Of a stretch of 64,000 nucleotides of DNA, positions 55,821 to 64,000 are shown one piece after another; within the stretch, counting starts at the first letter, position 1, and each line of letters begins with the position of its first letter. This stretch comes from Bacillota bacterium. Lineage in GTDB: Bacteria; Bacillota; Clostridia; Acetivibrionales; DTU013. The translations under genes and the position numbers were made by a program. The stretch is from contig JAEZCA010000068.1 of the NCBI GenBank assembly GCA_023412665.1, positions 3,651-67,650 on the forward strand, given 5' to 3'. The notes under the pieces are model-generated. The model was not told where the DNA came from. It saw only the letters and a program-made list of their open reading frames with translations, and did not search any database.

Positions 55821-58800
55821 ATGCACATGGATAGAAGTAATACAAAACGAATAAACGGAAAAACGGCGGCAGCCATATTGGCAGTAATACTGCTTGTGCA
55901 GAATGCATTGATACAGCCTGCAGCAGCGGCGATCAATGAGCCTCAGCCTGCGCCTGAGAGACTGAGAGCGGAGGCAATAAATGATGGAGGTCCCAATGCA
56001 GAGCCGGTTATTGGATATAATGAGTTCGACAAGTATTATATTGACCTGAAGACCGATAAAATCAAGCGGCCTGATGGCGTTCCCTCGCCCAGCATATATA
56101 TGAACTACTATTTGCAGGAAGTCAACAAACCGTATAAGCCGGTCAGACCCACCATACTAAAAGAAGGCAGCATACCGGCGAAAACGGATGATGATAATGC
56201 GATCAGAATGAAGGAATTGAGTTCAGGTACAGTTTATTATGCTCATGCCAAGGCTTACTACACATATACTCTTGATTCCGTTACATATACCAGTTCGGAG
56301 TCCAGCTCCTCCAATACTGTCAAGTTCATGACAGATATTAGCATCAATGCATATTCCTACGGTCCCAACCAGATCAAGATAGAGTGGGATGATGTATGGA
56401 ATTCAGGCAGAAGAATGGACTACAAGCTGTATATTTCTGAAAACAAATCATTTACCAATACTCCTGCGATATATATAGGACAGTCACAGATCAGTCAGAA
56501 CGGTCCTGTCACGGTCAATGAAGCAACAGGGAAGCTTGAATATATACATACAGTAAGGGATCCGGGCAGGGTCTACTATATCAAGATCGAACCGGATACT
56601 ACCGAAACCGAGCTTAAAAGATCTCCAAGCAGCCCGGTGGTTACAGTCAGCAGCTACATTCTTGCAAAGACGACAAAAATGTCCGTGACTGACGCGGGTA
56701 CGATCTGGAGACTGGAATGGAGCCCGGTGGTCACCGGAATAGGAGACAGCACTATTCGTGTAACCTACCAGATCTACAGAGGAACCGGATCAAGCAGCAG
56801 TATTGAGGAATATATGGCGTCTACGGACGATACTGTATTTTTCCTTACACTGAAGCAGGGCGATGAAGATAATTATTATGTTATAAAGGCGCTGGTAACA
56901 AGAAACGGGCAGGATGTATACCCGGGAATAAGGATACAGTCACCCAGGATATATGTGAAGGAATCCGAAGTGCCGTCAACACCTCCTGCTCCCGAACTGG
57001 TACCGGATTTCCGCAATGCAGGGGAGGTCATCATCTCATACGAGGACGAACTAAAGGCCAACAGTGCCACAGTACTGTGGAGAGCTCCACTGAAGGGAAA
57101 TGGAGAGGTAGATACCAATGTCATGTATGACATATGGCTAATCAGCGATCCCAATATGCTTGATGACCCGCCATCAGGGACTTTGATCGCATCCTCAATA
57201 AAAATGAACCAGACCAACTTTGTTATGAGTGGTACAAAGCTGCTTGGGTACAAGTATGCCGTTAGGGATCTGATGCCCAATTCAACGTATTACTTTAAAA
57301 TCGTTGCAAAGAAGGATTATATCGAATTTACCGATAACATTCTTCAAAATATAACCCTTCAATCCGATGCTTCTATGAAAATCATTATTACACCTGTGGA
57401 AGGGCCGATAGACCAGCCTGTGGTCCCGGGGACTCCGCCCTTGAGGATAAAGAAGGACACAAGCGGCAAGGACAGGATTACTAATACGTCTGCTGTAATC
57501 ACATTGCAGAATGCATGGTATGAGGAATACTCGGACACACCAAGGTATGGCACAACGCCTGTGGATGGCCCCAGGTGGTCCTGGTACTACAGGACTCCGG
57601 GTGAAATAGACGATGCAGGTATGAATCTCATTCCCCCTGTTGAAAACTTTGTAGCTGCATTGGAAAGCAATTATGATAATGATACCGATAACGACAGTGT
57701 CTCGGTGGATCCGCTGAAATTCAGAAAGGTGGAGTATGACAGTGGTGTGTCTATCGATGTAGGCTGTATTGAATACTCGCCTGACATTGATTATAATGAT
57801 CTTGAAAATTTGCCTGCAAACAAGGTTATCGGGTTTCCGTCGACACCCAACGACCCGGCAGAGGATACAAATGCTGTTGATGCTGTGAAGGACGGAGTCA
57901 GACATAATATCGATATCACCCTGAACAACCTGGAGCCCAACAAAACCTATATAGTATGGGTCAGAGCATCGAGGCGAAGCGTGAATCTCATTTCAGGGCC
58001 TTCTGACCCCATTATTATTACAACATTGCCGGATCTGCCCGAAGTGATAGAAAAGCCCACCGTCCCTGTATTCAATTATTATCATGCAGGTGATACATAT
58101 ATCGATCTGGGATGGAATTTCAACAGTTCATATGTGTATTACCTGGAATACGGTACTACTGATGACCGCAGCAAAAGCACAGGCAGGAAGGAAATTACGC
58201 CGGATGAGCTTGAATTCTCCACCTACTACAGGGTTAGCGGACTCAAGCAGGATACGGTCTATTATTTCTGGATACAGGCCGAGGCTTCGAATGCGTCCGG
58301 TGAAAAGAAAAGGTCCGATTTCAGTGATTCCTATATAGTCAGGACATTGAAGGACATACCTCCCGATACGCCCCTTGGATTTGGAGTAAAGGGTTCTTCG
58401 GATTCGATCACAAAAAACAGCATCACATATGAGTGGATCGCCCAGGAGGGCATGGAATATGTACTGGAAATCGATGAGGATATAAACTATTCAAAAAGCA
58501 CAAAGTACGAGATCAGCGATGCTTCGGAGTTTACCGCTGTGAACCTCAGGTCCAATTACAGGTATTATGCCAGGCTGTATGCATACGACCCTGCAAAGGA
58601 TCTTCTTTCCGCTCCGACACAAAGTGTTATTGTAAGAACACTCCGCTCGAGTGATGATTATGACTCGAGTTCGGATACCGGCGGCGTCATCTCGGGTGAT
58701 TACATTATAAAGGACAGTGCCGCTGTGAACGGAGTATGGAATATAAGAATAACGGGGATCAATGCCGATAGGTTTATACAAAAGGTGCACACTGACAATG

Positions 58801-59837
58801 TTCTCGATTACACCATCGACCTGAGGCAACCGCCTGCAGGTACAAGGACGATCTCCATAAGGATCGCCCAAAAGGTATTTGGCGCCCTTGGCATGCTTGG
58901 CGAGAATCTTATATTAAGAACCAGTGTTAATATGTTTATAATCAGGCCCGGAGTGCTGACCGGAGCAAACGGCATCTACGGGCAGATCACCGGAGGTGAT
59001 TTCGTTATTGAAATAACACCCCAAAGCACTGCCGATGGAACCATTAGCAACATGACCCTGAAAACGCCTGTCTCAAAGTTGGACGTGGGTATAATTGACG
59101 GACTGACCTACAGCATAACTGAGTTCCAGAAGCCTTTAAAGATCGCATACGAGTACAGTCAGGCAAGCTGGTACAAGCCCGGTGTCACATTTGGGTACTA
59201 TCTGTCAAAGGGAGAAGAAATCTGGCAAAAAACAGCTGCGGCAGGCAGCTTTGATCCTGATAGCAGAAAAGGCCTGCTTACATTTGAAATGCCGGTTTCG
59301 GGCAAAATGGCCGCGGCTGATCAGGGGCACGAATTCTATGAGGACATTTCCAGAAGCTATGCTGCAAATGCAATAGGAAATGTTGCGGCAGCTCATGAGC
59401 TAAAGTCTGTAAAGGGCAGGAATTTTGAACCGTCAAAGAACCTTACATTGGGTGATGGTGTAAAATTCATGCTGGATGTAATGGATGCCGATTATGGACA
59501 GGACTATATGACATTAGCTGCAAAGGCGGGAATCATAAAGAACACAGACAGCGGAAAATCAGCTTCAGATTGCACGAGGGAGCAGCTGATATCAATGGCA
59601 ATGAGAGTCTGTGAACTAAAAACATCACAGAAGGCCATATCAGATACAGCTGATATGTCTGTTTACAAGGATATCAGCCAGGTCAGTCCATCGCTGCTTC
59701 CCAGGCTCCGTTTCGCTCAGCAGAATGGTTTGATAACCAGCAGATTCACCGATACCCTTGGCCCAAAGGATACAGTTACACGGGCGGAAGCAATGGTGCT
59801 TTTGGAAAAAGTGCTGCGTTATTCCGGCGAAATTTGA
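55821..59837 (+). CDS. Second giant Fn3-repeat protein with C-terminal SLH domains
   Basis: Starts 38 nt after the previous gene. Signal peptide ...QPAAAAI. Fn3-like modules (GTVYYAHAKAY, GRVYYIKIEP, NSTYYFKIVAK, NKTYIVWVRA, DTVYYFWIQAE). SLH-like C-terminus (FYEDISRSYAANAIGNVAAAHEL; DTVTRAEAMVLLEKVL). Confidence 0.85.
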   Translation: MHMDRSNTKRINGKTAAAILAVILLVQNALIQPAAAAINEPQPAPERLRAEAINDGGPNAEPVIGYNEFDKYYIDLKTDKIKRPDGVPSPSIYMNYYLQEVNKPYKPVRPTILKEGSIPAKTDDDNAIRMKELSSGTVYYAHAKAYYTYTLDSVTYTSSESSSSNTVKFMTDISINAYSYGPNQIKIEWDDVWNSGRRMDYKLYISENKSFTNTPAIYIGQSQISQNGPVTVNEATGKLEYIHTVRDPGRVYYIKIEPDTTETELKRSPSSPVVTVSSYILAKTTKMSVTDAGTIWRLEWSPVVTGIGDSTIRVTYQIYRGTGSSSSIEEYMASTDDTVFFLTLKQGDEDNYYVIKALVTRNGQDVYPGIRIQSPRIYVKESEVPSTPPAPELVPDFRNAGEVIISYEDELKANSATVLWRAPLKGNGEVDTNVMYDIWLISDPNMLDDPPSGTLIASSIKMNQTNFVMSGTKLLGYKYAVRDLMPNSTYYFKIVAKKDYIEFTDNILQNITLQSDASMKIIITPVEGPIDQPVVPGTPPLRIKKDTSGKDRITNTSAVITLQNAWYEEYSDTPRYGTTPVDGPRWSWYYRTPGEIDDAGMNLIPPVENFVAALESNYDNDTDNDSVSVDPLKFRKVEYDSGVSIDVGCIEYSPDIDYNDLENLPANKVIGFPSTPNDPAEDTNAVDAVKDGVRHNIDITLNNLEPNKTYIVWVRASRRSVNLISGPSDPIIITTLPDLPEVIEKPTVPVFNYYHAGDTYIDLGWNFNSSYVYYLEYGTTDDRSKSTGRKEITPDELEFSTYYRVSGLKQDTVYYFWIQAEASNASGEKKRSDFSDSYIVRTLKDIPPDTPLGFGVKGSSDSITKNSITYEWIAQEGMEYVLEIDEDINYSKSTKYEISDASEFTAVNLRSNYRYYARLYAYDPAKDLLSAPTQSVIVRTLRSSDDYDSSSDTGGVISGDYIIKDSAAVNGVWNIRITGINADRFIQKVHTDNVLDYTIDLRQPPAGTRTISIRIAQKVFGALGMLGENLILRTSVNMFIIRPGVLTGANGIYGQITGGDFVIEITPQSTADGTISNMTLKTPVSKLDVGIIDGLTYSITEFQKPLKIAYEYSQASWYKPGVTFGYYLSKGEEIWQKTAAAGSFDPDSRKGLLTFEMPVSGKMAAADQGHEFYEDISRSYAANAIGNVAAAHELKSVKGRNFEPSKNLTLGDGVKFMLDVMDADYGQDYMTLAAKAGIIKNTDSGKSASDCTREQLISMAMRVCELKTSQKAISDTADMSVYKDISQVSPSLLPRLRFAQQNGLITSRFTDTLGPKDTVTRAEAMVLLEKVLRYSGEI

Positions 59838-59987
59838 ATTTTCAAAAAACATGCTTTTCAACCAGTAAGGTTAGAGATATAGAAATTTTTCATGTATAGG
59901 CCCCCTTTTATGAGGCAATAATTTTATTGGGATCGTAATGCAGAGGTTACGGTAAACAATCAAGCGCCGATAAAAGGGGGATTTATA

Positions 59988-60746
59988 GTGAAAAAATCAT
60001 TTCAGGTCATTTTTGCTTTTGTTTTAGTAATTTCCATTTTTATTATTATGATGCAGCAGGATAAACCTTACAGTCCCGCTGCCGAGGCTGTTGAAAAGGT
60101 CTTCTCCGAGACAGGAGCGGCTGCAGTCAGCTCGGAAATATATGTGCGTGGGACATCAAAGAGGAAGGTCCTTGATGAGGAGGATGCCCGCAGGCTGCTT
60201 GAAGATATAATAAACGGGACCGAAGCGAAGTATTCAAATGATGTACCAGTTTTTAACACTGTAAATAATGACTATGCCAAGAGCATAGAAATCAATTACA
60301 TAATAGATGAAAATAAAACCATCCAGATGTCGCTCTCTAATGATACGAATAAGGATGCAGACAGTACAAGTCTGACCATCAGCTTTACGGATACTTCCCG
60401 AAATCCGGCTGTCCGATCAAATGCTGCCGCTGTCGCAGACGTTCTGGGAAGGCACGAAATAGAGTTCGACACTAATATATCATTGACGGGCAGCGTTGAC
60501 GGGAAAATGGAGAATGATCAAATAGAGGATCTATACATAAGGGCTTTCAAGAGCATTGGAGCAGACAGGGTGGAAGGGATAGATGACAACGGCCTTGTAA
60601 GCGTTTCCGCGTTTTCACCTTCCATCGGCGAGGCTGTCAGAGTCAATGGCAAAAAAGTGAATATAAGTATGGCAGCACGATATAACTCATATGAAGATAA
60701 GACTTACATATGGCTTGCTACACCGGTCATTACCACAGAGTACTGA
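59988..60746 (+). CDS. ywmB: YwmB-like (DUF1779) protein
   Basis: GTG start after AAGGGGG. N-terminal TM anchor. Directly upstream of murA as in B. subtilis ywmB-murAA. The call rests mainly on synteny and size. Confidence 0.55.
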   Translation: MKKSFQVIFAFVLVISIFIIMMQQDKPYSPAAEAVEKVFSETGAAAVSSEIYVRGTSKRKVLDEEDARRLLEDIINGTEAKYSNDVPVFNTVNNDYAKSIEINYIIDENKTIQMSLSNDTNKDADSTSLTISFTDTSRNPAVRSNAAAVADVLGRHEIEFDTNISLTGSVDGKMENDQIEDLYIRAFKSIGADRVEGIDDNGLVSVSAFSPSIGEAVRVNGKKVNISMAARYNSYEDKTYIWLATPVITTEY

Positions 60747-60792
60747 CAGGCAGCCCAAGAGAAATACAAATGATGATAAGGGGGAAAATGAC

Positions 60793-62055
60793 TTGTCAAA
60801 ACTGATAATTACTGAAACCAGACCTTTAAAGGGCAGAGTCCGTATCAGCGGTGCCAAGAATTCGGTGCTGCCGATCATAGCAGCCTCGCTGCTTGTGGAC
60901 GGAAGCAGCATTATTGATGAAATTCCCTATCTTAACGATGTTAAAATAATGTGCGATCTTGTAAATTCACTGGGCGCTTCGATCGCATTGTCTGATGACA
61001 GGAGCAGGCTGGAGATATGCTGCAGGTCGCTGACAAATACAACAGCGCCATATGAGCTTGTTAACAAAATGCGGGCTTCTTTTCTTGTTGCCGGCCCGCT
61101 GCTGGCAAGGACGGGGCATGTGAGAATATCGCTGCCGGGGGGCTGCGCTATCGGCTCAAGGCCCATCGATCTTCATCTGAAGGGTTTTACAGCCCTTGGT
61201 GCGTCGATCACACAAGGCCATGGCTACATTGAAGCAGTAAAGAAGGGACGGCTGACAGGAGGGAAGGTTTATCTGGATTTTCCCAGTGTAGGTGCAACTG
61301 AGAATATAATGATGGCGGCTACTTTAGCTCAGGGAAATACTGTTATTGAAAATGCTGCGATCGAGCCGGAAATAGTGGACCTTGCCACATATCTGACATC
61401 GATGGGGGCTGAAATCAAAGGAGCTGGAACAGATACTATAAAGATATTCGGCGTCAGTGAGCTTAAAGCTGCCAACCACACGATAATCCCCGACCGAATA
61501 GAGGCCGGGACCTTTATGGTGGCAGCTGCCATCACAGGAGGGGATGTTATTGTAGACAACGTTGTCACAGATCACCTGAAGCCTGTTACGGCCAAGCTCA
61601 GAGAAGCAGGGGTGGAGGTGTCGGAGGAGCTGACGTCCATACGAGTGAAAGGAAACAGGATCCAGCCTGTCGATATAAAGACCCATCCATACCCTGGATT
61701 CCCGACAGATATGCAATCCCAGATGACTTCGCTGCTGAGTATTGCATGCGGAACCAGTATGGTGATCGAGACTATTTTTGAAAATCGTTTTATGCATGTC
61801 TGCGAACTGAAAAGAATGGGCGCAAATATAAAGGTCGAGGGCAGGAGCGCAATAATAGAGGGCTGCACCAAGCTGACCGGTGCAAAGGTCAAAGCCACCG
61901 ATCTCAGAGCCGGAGCAGCTCTGATACTTGCGGGACTTTGCGCGGAAGGAACAACGGAAATACTGGATATCGATCATATAGACAGAGGTTATATAAGGAT
62001 AGATGAAAAGCTGAGGAAGCTCGGAGCTGAAATATGCAGGTCAGAAGAAGAGTAG
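60793..62055 (+). CDS. murA: UDP-N-acetylglucosamine 1-carboxyvinyltransferase
   Basis: The ORF opens at 60691, but the TTG at 60793 (AAGGGGGA Shine-Dalgarno) gives the canonical LSKLIITETRPLKGRVRISGAKNSVLPI N-terminus. Active-site region LPGGCAIGSRPIDLHL. Confidence 0.9.
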   Translation: MSKLIITETRPLKGRVRISGAKNSVLPIIAASLLVDGSSIIDEIPYLNDVKIMCDLVNSLGASIALSDDRSRLEICCRSLTNTTAPYELVNKMRASFLVAGPLLARTGHVRISLPGGCAIGSRPIDLHLKGFTALGASITQGHGYIEAVKKGRLTGGKVYLDFPSVGATENIMMAATLAQGNTVIENAAIEPEIVDLATYLTSMGAEIKGAGTDTIKIFGVSELKAANHTIIPDRIEAGTFMVAAAITGGDVIVDNVVTDHLKPVTAKLREAGVEVSEELTSIRVKGNRIQPVDIKTHPYPGFPTDMQSQMTSLLSIACGTSMVIETIFENRFMHVCELKRMGANIKVEGRSAIIEGCTKLTGAKVKATDLRAGAALILAGLCAEGTTEILDIDHIDRGYIRIDEKLRKLGAEICRSEEE

Positions 62056-62071
62056 CTGCTTGCTGAAGGAC

Positions 62072-62103
62072 AAAGTATGTGCATGGCCGCATACTTTTTT
62101 TTT
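62072..62103 (+). terminator. Rho-independent terminator of murA
   Basis: AAAGTATG ... CATACTTT followed by a T run of about 9. Confidence 0.65.
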
Positions 62104-62152
62104 ATGTGAATATATATTTACCAAAACAGATAACCTGCTATAGGGGGTCCTG

Positions 62153-63169
62153 ATGAAAAAGCTCATATACTACGCGGGGGCAATGATCGCCATTGTCATA
62201 CTGCTTCCGATGTTTATTGTAAGAAGCTGCGGCCCTGCTCCGGTGCCGGAACCGAAAGATGGAACAGTACCGGTCAAGACCTGTGAAATATCGGTATACA
62301 ACCATGTTACGGGAGATGCTTCTACGGTAGATCTGGAGGAGTATATAAAATGCGTCCTTGCAGCAGAAATGCCGGCCGACTTTGATATGGAGGCGCTGAA
62401 GGCGCAGGCAGTGGCGGCCAGGACCTTTGCTTACGGCCGCATATCAGGTACATACAGATCAAAGCAAGGTGTTCATGACGGCATAGATGTCTGCACCGAC
62501 TCTGCTCATTGTCAGGCATGGATGAGCAGGGAAAGCGCCATGGAAAGATGGAATATACTGTTTGCATCAAGGAACTGGGGCAGGATCAGCAAGGCGGTAA
62601 GTGAAACCAAGGGAATTATTGCAGTATATAACGGCAATGTAGCCAATACTCTTTTTCACGCTAGCAGCCCGGGCAGGACGGAGAATGCGGAGGATGTGTG
62701 GGCGGGAAAAAGCGTGCCTTATCTCAGAAGTGTAGAAAGCAGCGGAGATGAGGCTTCAAAGGGATATATCGCTTCAGTGGCAGTCAGCGTCGGAGAACTG
62801 GCGGAGAAGCTTTTAAAGGCCTATCCCGATGCCGAACTGGAGGATGACATAACAGATAATATAGAAATCATTAACTTCACTGAAGGAGGAAGAGTGAAGA
62901 CTTTGAAAATTGGCAATATTACTATGAAGGGTACAGAATTCAGATCCCTGCTAGGTCTGAGATCAGCCTGCTTCACCATAGATTTTGTTGATGATGACCT
63001 GATGAGGATCACAACCACAGGGCATGGCCATGGAGTTGGGATGAGCCAATGGGGTGCAAATGCGCTTGCCAGGACCGGCGGAACATACAGGGAGATACTT
63101 CAGCACTATTATACCGGTATAGATATCATTGCCATATCTGATTATGAAGCCATGAAAAAGCCTGATTAA
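62153..63169 (+). CDS. spoIID: Stage II sporulation protein D (lytic transglycosylase)
   Basis: EEYIKCVLAAEMP...EALKAQAVAARTFA...CTDSAHCQAW...GHGHGVGMSQWGA. Confidence 0.9.
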   Translation: MKKLIYYAGAMIAIVILLPMFIVRSCGPAPVPEPKDGTVPVKTCEISVYNHVTGDASTVDLEEYIKCVLAAEMPADFDMEALKAQAVAARTFAYGRISGTYRSKQGVHDGIDVCTDSAHCQAWMSRESAMERWNILFASRNWGRISKAVSETKGIIAVYNGNVANTLFHASSPGRTENAEDVWAGKSVPYLRSVESSGDEASKGYIASVAVSVGELAEKLLKAYPDAELEDDITDNIEIINFTEGGRVKTLKIGNITMKGTEFRSLLGLRSACFTIDFVDDDLMRITTTGHGHGVGMSQWGANALARTGGTYREILQHYYTGIDIIAISDYEAMKKPD

Positions 63170-63269
63170 TCGGCATTTCCCGGCCGCCTTCCATACAAAT
63201 ATTTTTGCCTCCCATGTATATAGTTGCCATATGCGGCAACAATAATATATGGAGGTGGAATATGTGAAT

Positions 63270-64000
63270 ATGAAAAAATCATTTCCAGATGAAAAAGGTA
63301 AAAAATTCAAGGAGTTTCTGGACAAGAGAGGGTTTTATATCGTTCTGTTGCTGTGTATAGCTGTTGTGGCCGGAACTGCAGTTTTTGTCACTACTCGAAG
63401 AGCTGTCGACAGAGATTACGAAGCCAAAAATCTTTCTGATGAGTCCGGCGATGATCTTCTGGCTCAGGATGCAGCATTGAACGAATCGGAAAAGCTGACA
63501 GAAAAGCTGACAGAAGATTCTTTAGCATCAGTGACTGACGAGGGTCCGGATATCGGCAGCCCCGCATCTGTCAACAAGGATACTGCAGCCAAACCAAAGG
63601 ACAGTGACAAGAAGACCGAACCGAAGGATAATGCAGCGCCGAAGAAAACCGATCCTGCAAAACCAAATACACCAGTCAAGCAGCAAAGCTTTCTGATGCC
63701 TGTTGACGGTGCGGTTTCACTTGAATATGCGATGGACAACCTGGTATATTCAAAGACGCTTGAGGAGTGGCGTGCGCATCAGGGCATCGATATCGCAGCT
63801 GACAGAGGTACTCCTGTCAAGGCTGTTTCCGACGGAGTGGTCTGTGATGTGAAAAATGATCAGTTCTATGGCATATCCGTAGTCATCGATCATGAAAATG
63901 GCCTAAAGACACTATACAGGAATCTGGCTGCGGATGACACAGTCATCGTTAATCAGAAGGTAAAACAGGGAGAGATAATAGGAAGCATAGGAAACACAGC
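63270..64000 (+). CDS. M23/LytM-domain membrane protein (SpoIIQ-like), 3' end outside the window
   Basis: Open frame from ATG 63270 (GGAGGTGG upstream) to the window end; absent from the ORF track because no stop is present. TM anchor GFYIVLLLCIAVVAGTAVFV. Lys/Pro-rich linker. LytM core WRAHQGIDIAADRGTPVKAV...GISVVIDHENGLKTLY. Confidence 0.8.
   Translation, partial: MKKSFPDEKGKKFKEFLDKRGFYIVLLLCIAVVAGTAVFVTTRRAVDRDYEAKNLSDESGDDLLAQDAALNESEKLTEKLTEDSLASVTDEGPDIGSPASVNKDTAAKPKDSDKKTEPKDNAAPKKTDPAKPNTPVKQQSFLMPVDGAVSLEYAMDNLVYSKTLEEWRAHQGIDIAADRGTPVKAVSDGVVCDVKNDQFYGISVVIDHENGLKTLYRNLAADDTVIVNQKVKQGEIIGSIGNT

Noticed and set aside
60691-60792. Long N-terminal extension of murA overlapping the end of ywmB
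   Set aside because: The extension (MKIRLTYGLLHRS...) has no MurA homology. A TTG at 60793 with an AAGGGGGA Shine-Dalgarno yields the canonical MurA N-terminus.

Overview
Chromosomal segment of an endospore-forming, S-layer (SLH) bearing Clostridia-type Firmicute. All calls come from by-eye motif recognition and synteny; no searches were run. Most of the window is housekeeping, sporulation or germination genes in familiar Firmicute order: yaaL-bofA; yabG-veg-sipL-like-ispE; sleB-ypeB; ywmB-murA-spoIID-M23 (SpoIIQ-like). It also holds central metabolism genes (PFOR nifJ, fhs, gdhA, aroK, an Fe-S aldo/keto reductase), one tRNA-Arg(ACG) and a DnaD-like/DnaI-like loader pair. Signalling genes are an orphan AraC-type response regulator, a receiver-only protein, AbrB and a dCache-PAS-GGDEF-EAL protein. 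Two tandem giant Fn3-rich SLH wall proteins are present. I saw no CRISPR array, rRNA, transposase, integrase or obvious prophage. Candidates for something new, best first: (1) 0.16-6.15 kb, a Dlt-like MBOAT envelope-acylation cluster with its own carrier protein, loaded by an FkbH/HAD-IIIC enzyme rather than a DltA ligase, and with a DltD-like::CE4 deacetylase fusion. (2) 26.3-29.8 kb, a classical-clade AAA+ ATPase next to PspA/IM30 and a membrane-anchored coiled-coil protein, possibly a bacterial ESCRT-III/Vps4-like module. (3) A roughly 200-nt long-helix structured element between the ATPase and pspA. (4) A modular palindromic intergenic repeat family with at least 5 copies. (5) A same-orientation DnaA-box cluster at 48.74-48.82 kb, far from any dnaA gene. 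(6) An SbcD/SbcC-like pair whose SMC-like ATPase has a transmembrane hairpin and is translationally coupled to an NlpC/P60 lipoprotein with a substituted catalytic triad.
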